Source: a virus (lineage: Duplodnaviria > Caudoviricetes). Taken from it: a stretch of 64,000 bases of DNA. The notes below the pieces were generated by a model. It made no database searches, had not been told where the DNA came from, and worked only from the letters and a program-made list of their open reading frames with translations. Below are positions 10,188-19,690 of the stretch, one piece after another. Every line of letters starts with the position of its first letter. The stretch's first letter is position 1. The position numbers and the translations under genes are program-made. The DNA lies in IMG/VR virus record IMGVR_UViG_3300045596_000061, positions 32,565 to 96,564 of that record; one strand, written 5' to 3'.

Positions 10188-11234
10188 TTATTCTTTTGTT
10201 TTAGCCTCAAGCATAAACTTAAGTTCCTGATGCTTAGGAAGATTAAGATACCTTGCAGCTATATTTAATGTAGGCTCTTCATTATTTTCACATAGAGGAG
10301 TATTATCCTCTCTAAGATATAAGAAGTTTCCTCTATTGGAAATAAGTCCAGCTTCTATTGATTTCTTTATAAGAACCTTAGTATCAAGTAATGGGTCAGT
10401 AATTACTCTTAAGAAGTTCTTACTATTACTCTGTATAAGGTCATTTATTTTTGTTTTAAGGAACTCAATCTTAATTGTCTTTGATGTAGGTCTGCCATCT
10501 AAGGTTTCCACTATATGCCTAAGTACACTAATATTATCTTCAACTTTACCATACTCCTTATAGCACATCATAGTAGTACTCATATTTGAGTTAGCCATCT
10601 TTGTATCTTCTCCTTCTGCTATAATAACAAACTGATATGTAGCTTTAGGAAAATCCTCCAAAGTCTTTAAAGACGGTGCTATAAAGTTTTTATTTGCAAG
10701 AAGAATCTTATATCTTATATAATCTTCAGGGTCTGCTAAATTAAGATAATTATCTCCTTTAGTAAGTCTTACAGAGTTTATGCCCTCTTCATTACTGTCA
10801 TCCCAAAAGTTGTCTTTCTTCTTATAAATACTTAAAGCATTATATTCAAGTCCCATTTTCTCTTCAAGGAAAGATTTTTCACTGTCTGTAAGTACATTAA
10901 CAAGCATACCTGATGAGAGTCTTGGCACTACAAAAGTCTTTGAAGCTCCCTCTGCCATACCTCCAGAAAGTACATGCTTTGGGTTATTACCCCAGATTCC
11001 AGATAATTTAGGAATAAATCTTACTATTACTCTCTCATTCCTTAGACAGTTTATTGTAGTTTCTACAGTACTATCTTCCTGTTTATTTTTAAGATTAGAA
11101 GAACTATGCTTGTCTGTGCTATTCTTCCTATTTCCCTTTTTTACTTCAATCATAGGAGTAGTGTTAACAGACTCCATGTCAAGTTCTGTGTGAGTATTCT
11201 TCTCTTGCTCACTAATATTTCTTTTATCTTCCAT
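10188..11234 (-). CDS. Conserved crAss-like protein downstream of major capsid gene
   Basis: 348 aa; HVLSGGMAE, LNLADPEDYIRYKILLAN; conserved position. Confidence 0.6.
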   Translation of the reverse strand: MEDKRNISEQEKNTHTELDMESVNTTPMIEVKKGNRKNSTDKHSSSNLKNKQEDSTVETTINCLRNERVIVRFIPKLSGIWGNNPKHVLSGGMAEGASKTFVVPRLSSGMLVNVLTDSEKSFLEEKMGLEYNALSIYKKKDNFWDDSNEEGINSVRLTKGDNYLNLADPEDYIRYKILLANKNFIAPSLKTLEDFPKATYQFVIIAEGEDTKMANSNMSTTMMCYKEYGKVEDNISVLRHIVETLDGRPTSKTIKIEFLKTKINDLIQSNSKNFLRVITDPLLDTKVLIKKSIEAGLISNRGNFLYLREDNTPLCENNEEPTLNIAARYLNLPKHQELKFMLEAKTKE

Positions 11235-11251
11235 TTTTATTTTCTCCTTTT

Positions 11252-11287
11252 AAAATTAAGGGAGAGAAAGAGTTAACCTCCTCTCCC
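11252..11287 (-). terminator. Intrinsic terminator after major capsid gene
   Basis: gggagag/ctctccc stem, then TTAATTTT on the minus strand. Confidence 0.55.
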
Positions 11288-11312
11288 ATAATTGTTTATA
11301 TATTAATCTGCC

Positions 11313-12824
11313 TTATCCCTGCAATATTGCCGGAATTATTGACATAGTTCTAGTAGGATCAAGTACACATATGCCCAAAGTAGCCATTCTATGGATAGTA
11401 GCACTATCTTCATCATATGACATATAAGGATTACCTATCTGACCTGTGAATGGGTTTCTGATACCCCACTGATAGCCTCTATATTCATTCTGACCTTTAA
11501 TCTTACATTTGAAGATGTTAGGCTGATCCATAGTACCCATATACATAATATCATATCTATAAGACATAGCCACACCACCAAATGGTGAGAGTATCTTATT
11601 TCTTACAGGATCATCATAGAATGGGTCTACATCAATCTTAACTTTAACACCATTAGGTGCAATAAACTCTGTGAACTGGAATCCTGCACTAAGAGCATGA
11701 TCATTAAGCTTAGATTGTGTTTTCTGGACTATATTCAGAGAACTATTATCAAGAACAAACTGAGTCCATCCACTCACAGTCTCAAGTACTTTCTTATGGA
11801 ACTGAATAGCACCTCTTTCACCTGTCTTTACAATGAATACTCTATCACCAAAGTCAAGTTTAGCAGCACTGATTTCATATAGTGCATCTTCAAGCAACTT
11901 AAGAGAGAAGTTATTATAGTAAATAGTATTAGCTACCTCCATTTGCTCAAATAAACCAGCACCAGTCTTAATAGCACTTCCTGATTTACCAAAGTTCATG
12001 TATTCACCATTCTGATTTCTGTTACTTCTACCCCATGCAAGTGCATTATTCTTGTAGTCTGAGAACTGAGATTCAACCTCAAAATCTACATTGTGCATCC
12101 ACATCTTAGCAACATCCTTAACATATCTTCCATTAGTTTCCTTAGTAATAGGGATACCAACTGCAAGTTTCTTATTAAGCATATTTCCTGGAACTTTATG
12201 CTGTATTCTAACTACAGACCATTCATTTCTCATAGATACAGGAGAAGTAAATCTTACATCACCTACTTTTCTTGAGAGTTCCTTTTCAACAAATGCAGCC
12301 TCAATAGAGAATCTTTCACCTGCAAGTAATCTTTCAGCAGGACATCCAGTAGTATTACCTCCTGCAAGCTCTACCTTATATACTGCATTAGTTCCTTCCA
12401 TTCTAGGTTCTCCAAGGACTCTAAACTGATAAAGTTCATTAAGATTACCTACAATATATTCACCATCAGCAAACCAATCCTCACCAAATACCAAATAGAA
12501 TGGTGCAGTACCTGCACCTACATTTGCACCAGTAGAAACAACTACTGCGCCATTTTCATCTCTTGCTTCAATAAGAGGAATGTTTCTTCTTGAACTTCCA
12601 ATAACATCCCAATAATATTCATTATCATCATCAAATTCTCTAGTAGGGAACTGATTCAAGAATGTATCAAGAGTCTTTCCTCTATAGTAAGCTAGCAACT
12701 GAACCATAAGGTCAGTAGCTTTTTGTGGTGCCTGCTGAAATATTGAACCTAAGTGGTTCTCTTTAGTCAAGCCTTTCCAATGCTGGAAACCCACCATTTG
12801 AAATCTACCTAATTTTCCTGCCAT
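11313..12824 (-). CDS. Major capsid protein
   Basis: 503 aa; MAGKLGRFQMVGFQHWKGLTKENHLG N-terminus recalled as typical of crAss-like MCPs; position. Confidence 0.88.
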   Translation of the reverse strand: MAGKLGRFQMVGFQHWKGLTKENHLGSIFQQAPQKATDLMVQLLAYYRGKTLDTFLNQFPTREFDDDNEYYWDVIGSSRRNIPLIEARDENGAVVVSTGANVGAGTAPFYLVFGEDWFADGEYIVGNLNELYQFRVLGEPRMEGTNAVYKVELAGGNTTGCPAERLLAGERFSIEAAFVEKELSRKVGDVRFTSPVSMRNEWSVVRIQHKVPGNMLNKKLAVGIPITKETNGRYVKDVAKMWMHNVDFEVESQFSDYKNNALAWGRSNRNQNGEYMNFGKSGSAIKTGAGLFEQMEVANTIYYNNFSLKLLEDALYEISAAKLDFGDRVFIVKTGERGAIQFHKKVLETVSGWTQFVLDNSSLNIVQKTQSKLNDHALSAGFQFTEFIAPNGVKVKIDVDPFYDDPVRNKILSPFGGVAMSYRYDIMYMGTMDQPNIFKCKIKGQNEYRGYQWGIRNPFTGQIGNPYMSYDEDSATIHRMATLGICVLDPTRTMSIIPAILQG

Positions 12825-12856
12825 AAAATAAAACTATTAAAAATTATTTTTATATT

Positions 12857-14041
12857 TTAAACATCTAATGTCCAACCTTTATTTATAATAGACTCTGAAT
12901 CATCCCCTACACCACTTACAAATTTCAAATTTCCATCTGAGTCTCTTGAAGTATTATTAAGTGTGCTTTCTAATTCCTGTAGTCCTTTTCTAACTTCTTT
13001 CTTAACCTTACCATTAACAAGCTTATCTATGTTCTTAAAGCCATCTGTAAGAGTATAAACAAGACCTATATTTTTTATAAAATCAATTCTGTTATCCATT
13101 TCATACTTCTGAATAGCAGTATATAACTGACCTGTTTCAGGGTCTTTATATATAGGTTTAGAAATATTATCAAAAACTTTAGCTCTTGTTGGTTTATCTA
13201 CTTCAATATCACCAAATACTTTATTATCTTCAAGGATTGATTTCTTAAGAGTTTCTGCTTGTTTATTTCTATCACTTATTTCTTCATCTTCTATCTCTTT
13301 GGCTTTATCTATAATGCTCTGATACTGTGTATTAAAGAACTCTTTATTACTTGAAAGTGCCTCTCTTGCATCATCTATATCAGTTCCTGCATTTAATGAT
13401 TTAGTTACTTCTCTTGAAGCCCTGTCTTTACTATATCCTCTATTAATAAAATCTTGAAATATCAGCTGCTTCCTAAGATTTTCACCATTAACTTCATCTG
13501 ATATTTTATCATCTCCAATAGAATCTAAGTAAGAGATAGTGGATTCATATTTTTTAATATCATCAGATTCTACTCCTGCATTAAGAGCATTGTCAATTCT
13601 CTTTTGCTTTTCTGTAAGTCCTGCCTGTATTTGCTTATCTACAAGTTCTCTAAATTCAGATGGCTTATTAATTTTTGAATATTCTTCTTCATTAAGGTCT
13701 GGGAAGATTCCTTCTTCTTTTAGAGCTTTAGCAATGGAAGAGTAGAAATTTTTAGGAGAAGTACTATCACCTTTATCAGGAGAAGTATCTTCCTTTCCCT
13801 CAATGTCTTCTTTTTCACTACCTACGCTCTCTGGTTTATCAGTAAATAAATTGTCTACATCAATAACCTCAGTAGTTTTATCTTTATCTTTATCACCTGT
13901 ATCATCAGGCTCTTTGTTATCTTCCTTATCTTCTTTATCAGAAGTAGAAGACTCTTTAACATCATTATTACTTGGCTCTTCAAAGAGATTTTCAATCTCA
14001 TTAGAGTCCAGTATGTTGTCAATACTTAATTCACCCTTCAT
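12857..14041 (-). CDS. Putative capsid scaffolding/assembly protein
   Basis: Acidic low-complexity N-terminus and helical body; directly upstream of MCP. Confidence 0.6.
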   Translation of the reverse strand: MKGELSIDNILDSNEIENLFEEPSNNDVKESSTSDKEDKEDNKEPDDTGDKDKDKTTEVIDVDNLFTDKPESVGSEKEDIEGKEDTSPDKGDSTSPKNFYSSIAKALKEEGIFPDLNEEEYSKINKPSEFRELVDKQIQAGLTEKQKRIDNALNAGVESDDIKKYESTISYLDSIGDDKISDEVNGENLRKQLIFQDFINRGYSKDRASREVTKSLNAGTDIDDAREALSSNKEFFNTQYQSIIDKAKEIEDEEISDRNKQAETLKKSILEDNKVFGDIEVDKPTRAKVFDNISKPIYKDPETGQLYTAIQKYEMDNRIDFIKNIGLVYTLTDGFKNIDKLVNGKVKKEVRKGLQELESTLNNTSRDSDGNLKFVSGVGDDSESIINKGWTLDV

Positions 14042-14072
14042 ATTAATTTCTCCTAAATTAAATTATTTAGTG

Positions 14073-14123
14073 CAAAGTTAAATGAAAGTAAGTCTATTTA
14101 CAATATTTTAATTAAATTACTAA
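14073..14123 (-). promoter_or_regulatory. Late promoter for capsid operon (ATTG-N20-TAACTTTG) with extended upstream element
   Basis: -7 box 14073-14080, -33 box 14101-14104. Confidence 0.65.
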
Positions 14124-14151
14124 GATAAGTATTATAAAAGTATTTATACTT

Positions 14152-14256
14152 TTACTTCTTTTTGCTATTAGACTTTCCTTTAAGTTTCCCACCACAAGCA
14201 AACACTCTCTTCTTTACTGTAGTGGTACTCTTTTTACAGCATCCTTTGCCTTTCAT
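14152..14256 (-). CDS. Small basic 34-aa protein with FACGG motif (not in ORF track)
   Basis: MKGKGCCKKSTTTVKKRVFACGGKLKGKSNSKKK*; fills the gap between lysis and capsid genes. Confidence 0.6.
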   Translation of the reverse strand: MKGKGCCKKSTTTVKKRVFACGGKLKGKSNSKKK

Positions 14257-14273
14257 ACTCTATATAATTAGAA

Positions 14274-14723
14274 TTAAATAATTTCTATTGTCAGACTACT
14301 GGCTTCTAAAAGTCTTTGGTATAATCTTTTAAATGTGCTTTGACTATTAATTACCATACCCTTAACTTTATTTTCACCAACTAAAATACATCCATAGGTA
14401 TCATCTGAAGTATTTCCAGGATGAATTAAAACACCATCAAATCCTATCACATTAAGAAGTCTTGGTATCTTACCATTGTATTGTGCTGCCCACTTTCTAT
14501 TCTTAAACTTAGAGCTGACAATATTCATAGATACATTATATACTCCAGTAGGTATAGCAGTCTTACCATAAACCTTTTTATCAGTAATCTCATTATATGA
14601 CATTGTAGATGAAAGACCTCTATCAGTATCTTCAAGAGTGTCACAAAAGTATTCACCATCTATACTTAAACTTCCTATAGTATATTCACTTCCTTTATAT
14701 CTTCTATTAAGTAGTAATTTCAT
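14274..14723 (-). CDS. DUF5675-family protein, putative endolysin
   Basis: TIGSL, CDTLED, GKTAIPTGVY, LIHPGN..DT.GCILVG; next to holin/spanin-like genes. Confidence 0.7.
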   Translation of the reverse strand: MKLLLNRRYKGSEYTIGSLSIDGEYFCDTLEDTDRGLSSTMSYNEITDKKVYGKTAIPTGVYNVSMNIVSSKFKNRKWAAQYNGKIPRLLNVIGFDGVLIHPGNTSDDTYGCILVGENKVKGMVINSQSTFKRLYQRLLEASSLTIEII

Positions 14724-15078
14724 TTAAATTCTCCTTATTGTTGTTATTGCTAATGATAATATCCTCTGTAGCATTTATTAGATTATTGTCTTTCTTTCTT
14801 ATCTGGCAAGTAAAGTCAACACAAATAGAACTCATTAATTTAAACATCTGCTTTCTGATATTACTCACTTCTGCTTCAAGTAAAAGATTTCTTTTGAGCA
14901 TATCATCAAGTCTTGTTTTATTATCATCAGAAAGCTTTTTATAAAACTCCAAAGAGTTCTGCATATTAGCTATTAATGAATCATCTACTTCACTATCATA
15001 TTTTCTTCTTGTAAATAACCATGTTATAATGCTACTTATAGCTGAGACTATAATACTTATTATTCCTGTACTAAGCAT
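14707..15078 (-). CDS. Putative holin
   Basis: N-terminal TM helix followed by RRK and a coiled coil; overlaps the endolysin-like gene. Confidence 0.5.
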   Translation of the reverse strand: MLSTGIISIIVSAISSIITWLFTRRKYDSEVDDSLIANMQNSLEFYKKLSDDNKTRLDDMLKRNLLLEAEVSNIRKQMFKLMSSICVDFTCQIRKKDNNLINATEDIIISNNNNKENLNEITT

Positions 15079-15118
15079 ACTTGATTGACTAATATTTTAA
15101 AGCTGTTCATACTATATA

Positions 15119-15724
15119 TTATTTTACTATTTCTATAAACTTATTCTTATTACTCTGTATATATGGATTTTCTTCTACTACAGTAATCTCGGTAATAGTC
15201 TGCTTCTTCTGAAACCATCTTAAAAGAAAGAACTTTTTTGGTGGGTTCACTGTTTCTCTTCTATTATAGAATATTATATGCTTTTTACTTATAAAAGAAG
15301 GGCAAACTCTTATTGTATTAGGATAGGATATTCCTATTTTAATAGAATACCAATTATCACCTATTACAGTATCCTTATCTATTATATTACTTTTAAAGAT
15401 AGTGTCCTTATATATAATAGTATCATTTTTTACTATAGTAGAGTTTAATGATTGAATACTTTTTATACTTTTATACTTTATATTATTCTTTTTTATAATA
15501 CTTCTAAGGTTACTTACTATAGTGTCTTTTGAGTATTTTAAGTCACTTATTGTCATTTTAAATTCTCTATTAACATTATTAACAGAGTCTGCTTCAGCAA
15601 TATATGCTTTATTATTAGCTATAGCTGTTTTCCAATTATTAGTTGCAATAAGTCCTGTTCTATAGGATATACCTAGTAGTATTAAAAGAACTAAAATTAT
15701 AATAATGAGTACATAATTTTTCAT
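15119..15724 (-). CDS. Putative Rz/spanin-like membrane protein
   Basis: N-terminal TM, coiled coil, PPKKFFLLRWFQKK, V.EENPY; lysis context. Confidence 0.5.
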   Translation of the reverse strand: MKNYVLIIIILVLLILLGISYRTGLIATNNWKTAIANNKAYIAEADSVNNVNREFKMTISDLKYSKDTIVSNLRSIIKKNNIKYKSIKSIQSLNSTIVKNDTIIYKDTIFKSNIIDKDTVIGDNWYSIKIGISYPNTIRVCPSFISKKHIIFYNRRETVNPPKKFFLLRWFQKKQTITEITVVEENPYIQSNKNKFIEIVK

Positions 15725-15743
15725 TCTGCTATAATTTTGGTTA

Positions 15744-15794
15744 CAAAACTATAAAAAGTAAATCACCTATACAATAGTATAAGTGATTTATTAA
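15744..15794 (-). promoter_or_regulatory. Late promoter for lysis genes (ATTG-N20-TAGTTTTG) overlapping a terminator-like hairpin
   Basis: -7 box 15744-15751, -33 box 15772-15775; minus-strand stem taaatcacttatac/gtataggtgattta followed by CTTTTT. Confidence 0.6.
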
Positions 15795-15814
15795 TGTTTT
15801 AATTTATATATTTA

Positions 15815-17341
15815 TTATGCCTCTATCCAACTTTGCTCAATAGCATATAAAGTACTTTTATAAATAGTTATATATTTATATGTTGTTCCATCATCAATGT
15901 CATATTCAGAATAGAAAGAAACAATAACTAATTGATCCCTCTTAAAATCTGCTATGTAGAAAGAAGTTGCTCCTTGTGTACTATTAGAATTATGACCTAA
16001 ATTGTAGTATCTACTAACAATAGAACTTTTATCCTTAGTTACTATATTATTAAACACACAATCATCTTTTAAGAATAAGCTCTTAAGAGAAGCAAAAGTG
16101 TACTTAGTTCCTGAGTCAGCATTAGGGTCATCCTCAGTATTTATAATAGATTCAGATATTGATGTACCACTTGCTGCATCTAATATAAATGATGGCATCT
16201 TATACACAAGCTTTATATCAATATTTTTATTACTGTCAATATTTAACTGTGTACTATCAAGACTTATAGTTTTAATAGGAATATCTGGAATAAAAAGATT
16301 TTTTCTACTTACATTTACTGTAATAGAAGAAACAGTTTCTCCACTTGTAATATTAAAAGTAAGAGTCAAAAGAATATTATTTTTAAAGTCTGCTAAACAA
16401 ATAGTAGAAATTTTACTAAATTTACTAGTATAGCTAATAGTAGTAAAATACTCTATACTAGAGCCAGTAGAAGAGCCAATAATATATTTATAAATGCAAT
16501 CAGGTATTTCAAATAATTGTAAGAATGTCTCTAATGTATAATTAGCACCTGTACTTGAATTTGGATCTAAAGCTCCTGTAATAGTTGTAGAATCAAAAGA
16601 AGAACCATCTGCTGCATCTACTATAAAAGAAGGCAATTTATATACAGACTTAATATTAACATTTTTATTACTATCTATTTCTAATGCTTCATTATTAAAG
16701 CTTATAGTTTTAATAGGTGTATCAGTTATAGAAAGGGACTTCTTTGTTATAGAAACTACAATGGAAGAAACTATTCCTCCAGAACTTGTAATATTAAAAG
16801 TAAGAGTTAAGTATGTATTACTTTTAAAATCAGCTAATTCAAAAGTAGATACATTACCAGATTGTGTAGTCTTACCTATAGCATTAAAGTAACTTATTTC
16901 AGAGTTTGCCGAAGAGTTAAGAACATACTTATATAGGCAATTAGGAATATCAAATAATTGTAAAAATGTCTTTAGAGTATATTTACTACCAGTATCAGAA
17001 TTTGGATCATATGCTGCTAAAATATCATCACTGCTAAAAGATGATCCATCAGTAGCTGTTGCTATAAATGATGGTAAAAAGTATATAGACTTTATATCAA
17101 CTAAACCAGCAGAAGAAATTGCTTGACTATTTCCATCCAAAGCAATAGATTTTATAGTAGAATCTCCTCCTGCTCCTGAATAAATGTCATCTAATATAGA
17201 GTATAAAGACTTATCAGCAGTTATACTATGTGCTGAATTTACATATCCATATACTGCTTTAGCATGAGTTACCGGATATATCTCTTCCTGACCTAAAGTT
17301 CCTATAAGTTCAGAACCTATTATTTTTCTTATTGTACCCAT
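15815..17341 (-). CDS. Fiber/decoration protein with three ~147-aa tandem repeats
   Basis: Repeats IK(S/T)I...DIK..Y.(L/M)PSFI..A..G...DPN...G.KYT; DNA word acttgtaatattaaaagtaagagt at 16343 and 16784 (441 nt apart). Confidence 0.6.
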   Translation of the reverse strand: MGTIRKIIGSELIGTLGQEEIYPVTHAKAVYGYVNSAHSITADKSLYSILDDIYSGAGGDSTIKSIALDGNSQAISSAGLVDIKSIYFLPSFIATATDGSSFSSDDILAAYDPNSDTGSKYTLKTFLQLFDIPNCLYKYVLNSSANSEISYFNAIGKTTQSGNVSTFELADFKSNTYLTLTFNITSSGGIVSSIVVSITKKSLSITDTPIKTISFNNEALEIDSNKNVNIKSVYKLPSFIVDAADGSSFDSTTITGALDPNSSTGANYTLETFLQLFEIPDCIYKYIIGSSTGSSIEYFTTISYTSKFSKISTICLADFKNNILLTLTFNITSGETVSSITVNVSRKNLFIPDIPIKTISLDSTQLNIDSNKNIDIKLVYKMPSFILDAASGTSISESIINTEDDPNADSGTKYTFASLKSLFLKDDCVFNNIVTKDKSSIVSRYYNLGHNSNSTQGATSFYIADFKRDQLVIVSFYSEYDIDDGTTYKYITIYKSTLYAIEQSWIEA

Positions 17342-17343
17342 AA

Positions 17344-18174
17344 TTATAATCCTAATTTATTTTCAATAATCTTTAATCTGTCATTCAAACTGTGAACAGC
17401 ACTGAGAGCTATCATTGATAACTTACCATAGTCTACTGCAAGATAACCATTCTTATCTTCTTTTACTATTTCAGGACAAATTTTCTGTATTTCCTGTGCC
17501 GAAGTTCCTAGTTGAGTTTCTCCTGGCTTATCCTTATACTCAAAGAATTTAATAGGAATTTCAAGAATATCATCTATATCGAATTTAGCATCAGATATAA
17601 AGTTCTTAAGTCTTTCATCTGAAGATTGTACAAATGCAACAGCAGTAATACTTCCTGTGGAAGTATCACTTTTATCTTTTCTTAAGTACATAGTATCCAG
17701 TACTGCATCAACTGTCATATCTGGAGGTAAAACAGTAGACCAATCAAGCTTTAAAGTACCATCAGCTCCTACCATAATACCATTACCATCTCCACTTGCA
17801 GTAGCAGCTTTAACTCCACCAAGTGCTGAAGCTGTAGCTATAGGAAGAGTGTACTTACTTAATCCATTAAGCTTTAATTTATCTGCACCTGACATTAAGC
17901 CAGGGTTTCCAGAAGATGCTACTGCTATATTAATTGTAAAGTTTCCATTTGTAGTCTTTAAAGCAATTATACCACTATCATCTGCAACAGAGGGAATAAA
18001 ATGTGCTTCTGTAATTGCACCATTATTAACTAAATTAGTAAGGGTATCACTAATTCCATAGGCAATACCATTTACTAATATTTCCTTAGTATCTGTTACA
18101 AAATATACATCATCTCTGTAAGTAGCTGCATCATACTTAGCTTTTGCTCCTCTTGCAAATTTTACTTCTGCCAT
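17344..18174 (-). CDS. Trimeric fiber protein with C-terminal peptidase S74 intramolecular chaperone
   Basis: SDERLKN, GTSAQEIQKICPEIV, YLAVDYGKL; GLMS.ADK.KL and YTLPIAT...LGGVK fiber repeats. Confidence 0.8.
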   Translation of the reverse strand: MAEVKFARGAKAKYDAATYRDDVYFVTDTKEILVNGIAYGISDTLTNLVNNGAITEAHFIPSVADDSGIIALKTTNGNFTINIAVASSGNPGLMSGADKLKLNGLSKYTLPIATASALGGVKAATASGDGNGIMVGADGTLKLDWSTVLPPDMTVDAVLDTMYLRKDKSDTSTGSITAVAFVQSSDERLKNFISDAKFDIDDILEIPIKFFEYKDKPGETQLGTSAQEIQKICPEIVKEDKNGYLAVDYGKLSMIALSAVHSLNDRLKIIENKLGL

Positions 18175-18297
18175 ATATTTATTTATTAATTAATTATTAA
18201 ATTATTATATATTAAGGTGACTAACAGTCACTTATGATTTAATTATAGAAGAGATTTTAATGTTAAAACCTCTCCTATAAATATTAATAGAATTGTA

Positions 18298-18582
18298 TTA
18301 TAGTACTCCCATTATAGCACCAATAGTAGCACCAAAAACATCTGCCTTTATATCCATCCAATCAAACTTTTCACCATTCTTCTTATCCCAGAGTTCCTTT
18401 ATAATCCCAACAGCAGTACCAAAAGCAAATCCTGCTATCAGTGAATATGCACATCCTAAATTACATACTTTTAGTATTTCTGTAATGATAAAGGATATAA
18501 GCATTACAAGATTAAAGTGCATCCATTTATCCACCTCTATCTTAGATAAGTAATTTGAAATTTTCTCAAATACCTTTCTCAT
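18298..18582 (-). CDS. VanZ/YfiM-like small membrane protein
   Basis: DKWMHF, KELWDK, FDWMDIKADVFG with hydrophobic helices. Confidence 0.55.
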   Translation of the reverse strand: MRKVFEKISNYLSKIEVDKWMHFNLVMLISFIITEILKVCNLGCAYSLIAGFAFGTAVGIIKELWDKKNGEKFDWMDIKADVFGATIGAIMGVL

Positions 18583-18585
18583 TAT

Positions 18586-18840
18586 TTACCATATTATAAT
18601 TGATACTAATATAGATATAACACTTCCTATAACCCATGAAATAGGATTCCACAGATTAAACTTTTTATTATACATTAAAACATTCATTACTTCAGTAAAT
18701 GCACCACATACAGCAGCTATACCAAGTGCTAATATCCATGCATTCTGCCCATCTAATGTATGCTCCTGCAATAATGCTAAAAATCCAAGTACTGCACCAA
18801 CAATACCAAATAACCATTTGCAACTTAATACTTTTTCCAT
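18586..18840 (-). CDS. Small 3-TM membrane protein
   Basis: Three hydrophobic segments in 84 aa; in operon. Confidence 0.55.
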   Translation of the reverse strand: MEKVLSCKWLFGIVGAVLGFLALLQEHTLDGQNAWILALGIAAVCGAFTEVMNVLMYNKKFNLWNPISWVIGSVISILVSIIIW

Positions 18841-18872
18841 AATTTTATAATTTTATTAATTAACTAAAATAT

Positions 18873-19175
18873 TTATAACTTATTATTACTACTGCTTTTA
18901 TAATTAAAATAGTCTTTACCAAACATCCTTACACTGATATAATAAAGTAGTGCAAAGCAATGAAGCCATATTGTTTTAAAAGGACTTACTTCTTCTTGAA
19001 ATATAATCTTTTCAATATTATGAAATAGTGTATTATCAGCTATAAGTCTACTTGCTTCATCTCCACCTATATCATAATCATCATCATGGCAACAACATGC
19101 AGCATAGAATTTATCAGCATAAGGTGGCTTAAACCACTTTAATATCCCAGTCTGGCATCCACATCCTCTGCTCAT
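18873..19175 (-). CDS. Phospholipase A2-like (DUF1353-like) protein
   Basis: GCG N-terminus, CCCHDDDY (HDxxY), R..AD..F and Y..VR.FG pattern. Confidence 0.55.
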   Translation of the reverse strand: MSRGCGCQTGILKWFKPPYADKFYAACCCHDDDYDIGGDEASRLIADNTLFHNIEKIIFQEEVSPFKTIWLHCFALLYYISVRMFGKDYFNYKSSSNNKL

Positions 19176-19690
19176 TGTAATAAATTCTCATATACACTCC
19201 AGTCAATTGCATTTTTTGTAGTCCAGCCAACAGAAAGTGTATCCTGTACATATTTTAATCCTTTCAGATAAAAATCTGCCAACGTAGTAATGTCTGTGAA
19301 TGTATAATAATCATTATTATAATTATCTCCAAATTTTACAATAAATCCATTTGTAGGCATTCCATTTGCTACATAGGCATCATAAGCAGCTTTATAATTA
19401 AACTGATTCTCAGAACTCAGCCAGACATTATGCTCTTTTTTTGCTGAGTCAATCCACACAAAACCTGATAATATAGCTTTATCTGTTTGCTTATTGTAAA
19501 AGTCAGTTATACTTTCTTTTATTTTCTCTATCAATAATTCTTTTGAACTACCAATTAAATCAAAAACTTGACATAAACATGTCACTCCATCATCATTATC
19601 TTTTTTATCAAAATATACACGCCATTTATCTTTACTTATCTTAATCATAGGCGTATAATCTGTAATCTTAACTAATGTCTTTACTATCAT
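19172..19690 (-). CDS. DUF4376-like tail-fiber-associated protein
   Basis: ILSGFVW, VWLSSENQFNYKAAYD, GW..K..IDWS.Y. Confidence 0.65.
   Translation of the reverse strand: MIVKTLVKITDYTPMIKISKDKWRVYFDKKDNDDGVTCLCQVFDLIGSSKELLIEKIKESITDFYNKQTDKAILSGFVWIDSAKKEHNVWLSSENQFNYKAAYDAYVANGMPTNGFIVKFGDNYNNDYYTFTDITTLADFYLKGLKYVQDTLSVGWTTKNAIDWSVYENLLQ

Noticed and set aside
15815-18174. Second DGR target among the other fiber genes
   Set aside because: No TR-like sequence seen at their 3' ends or elsewhere in the window by eye
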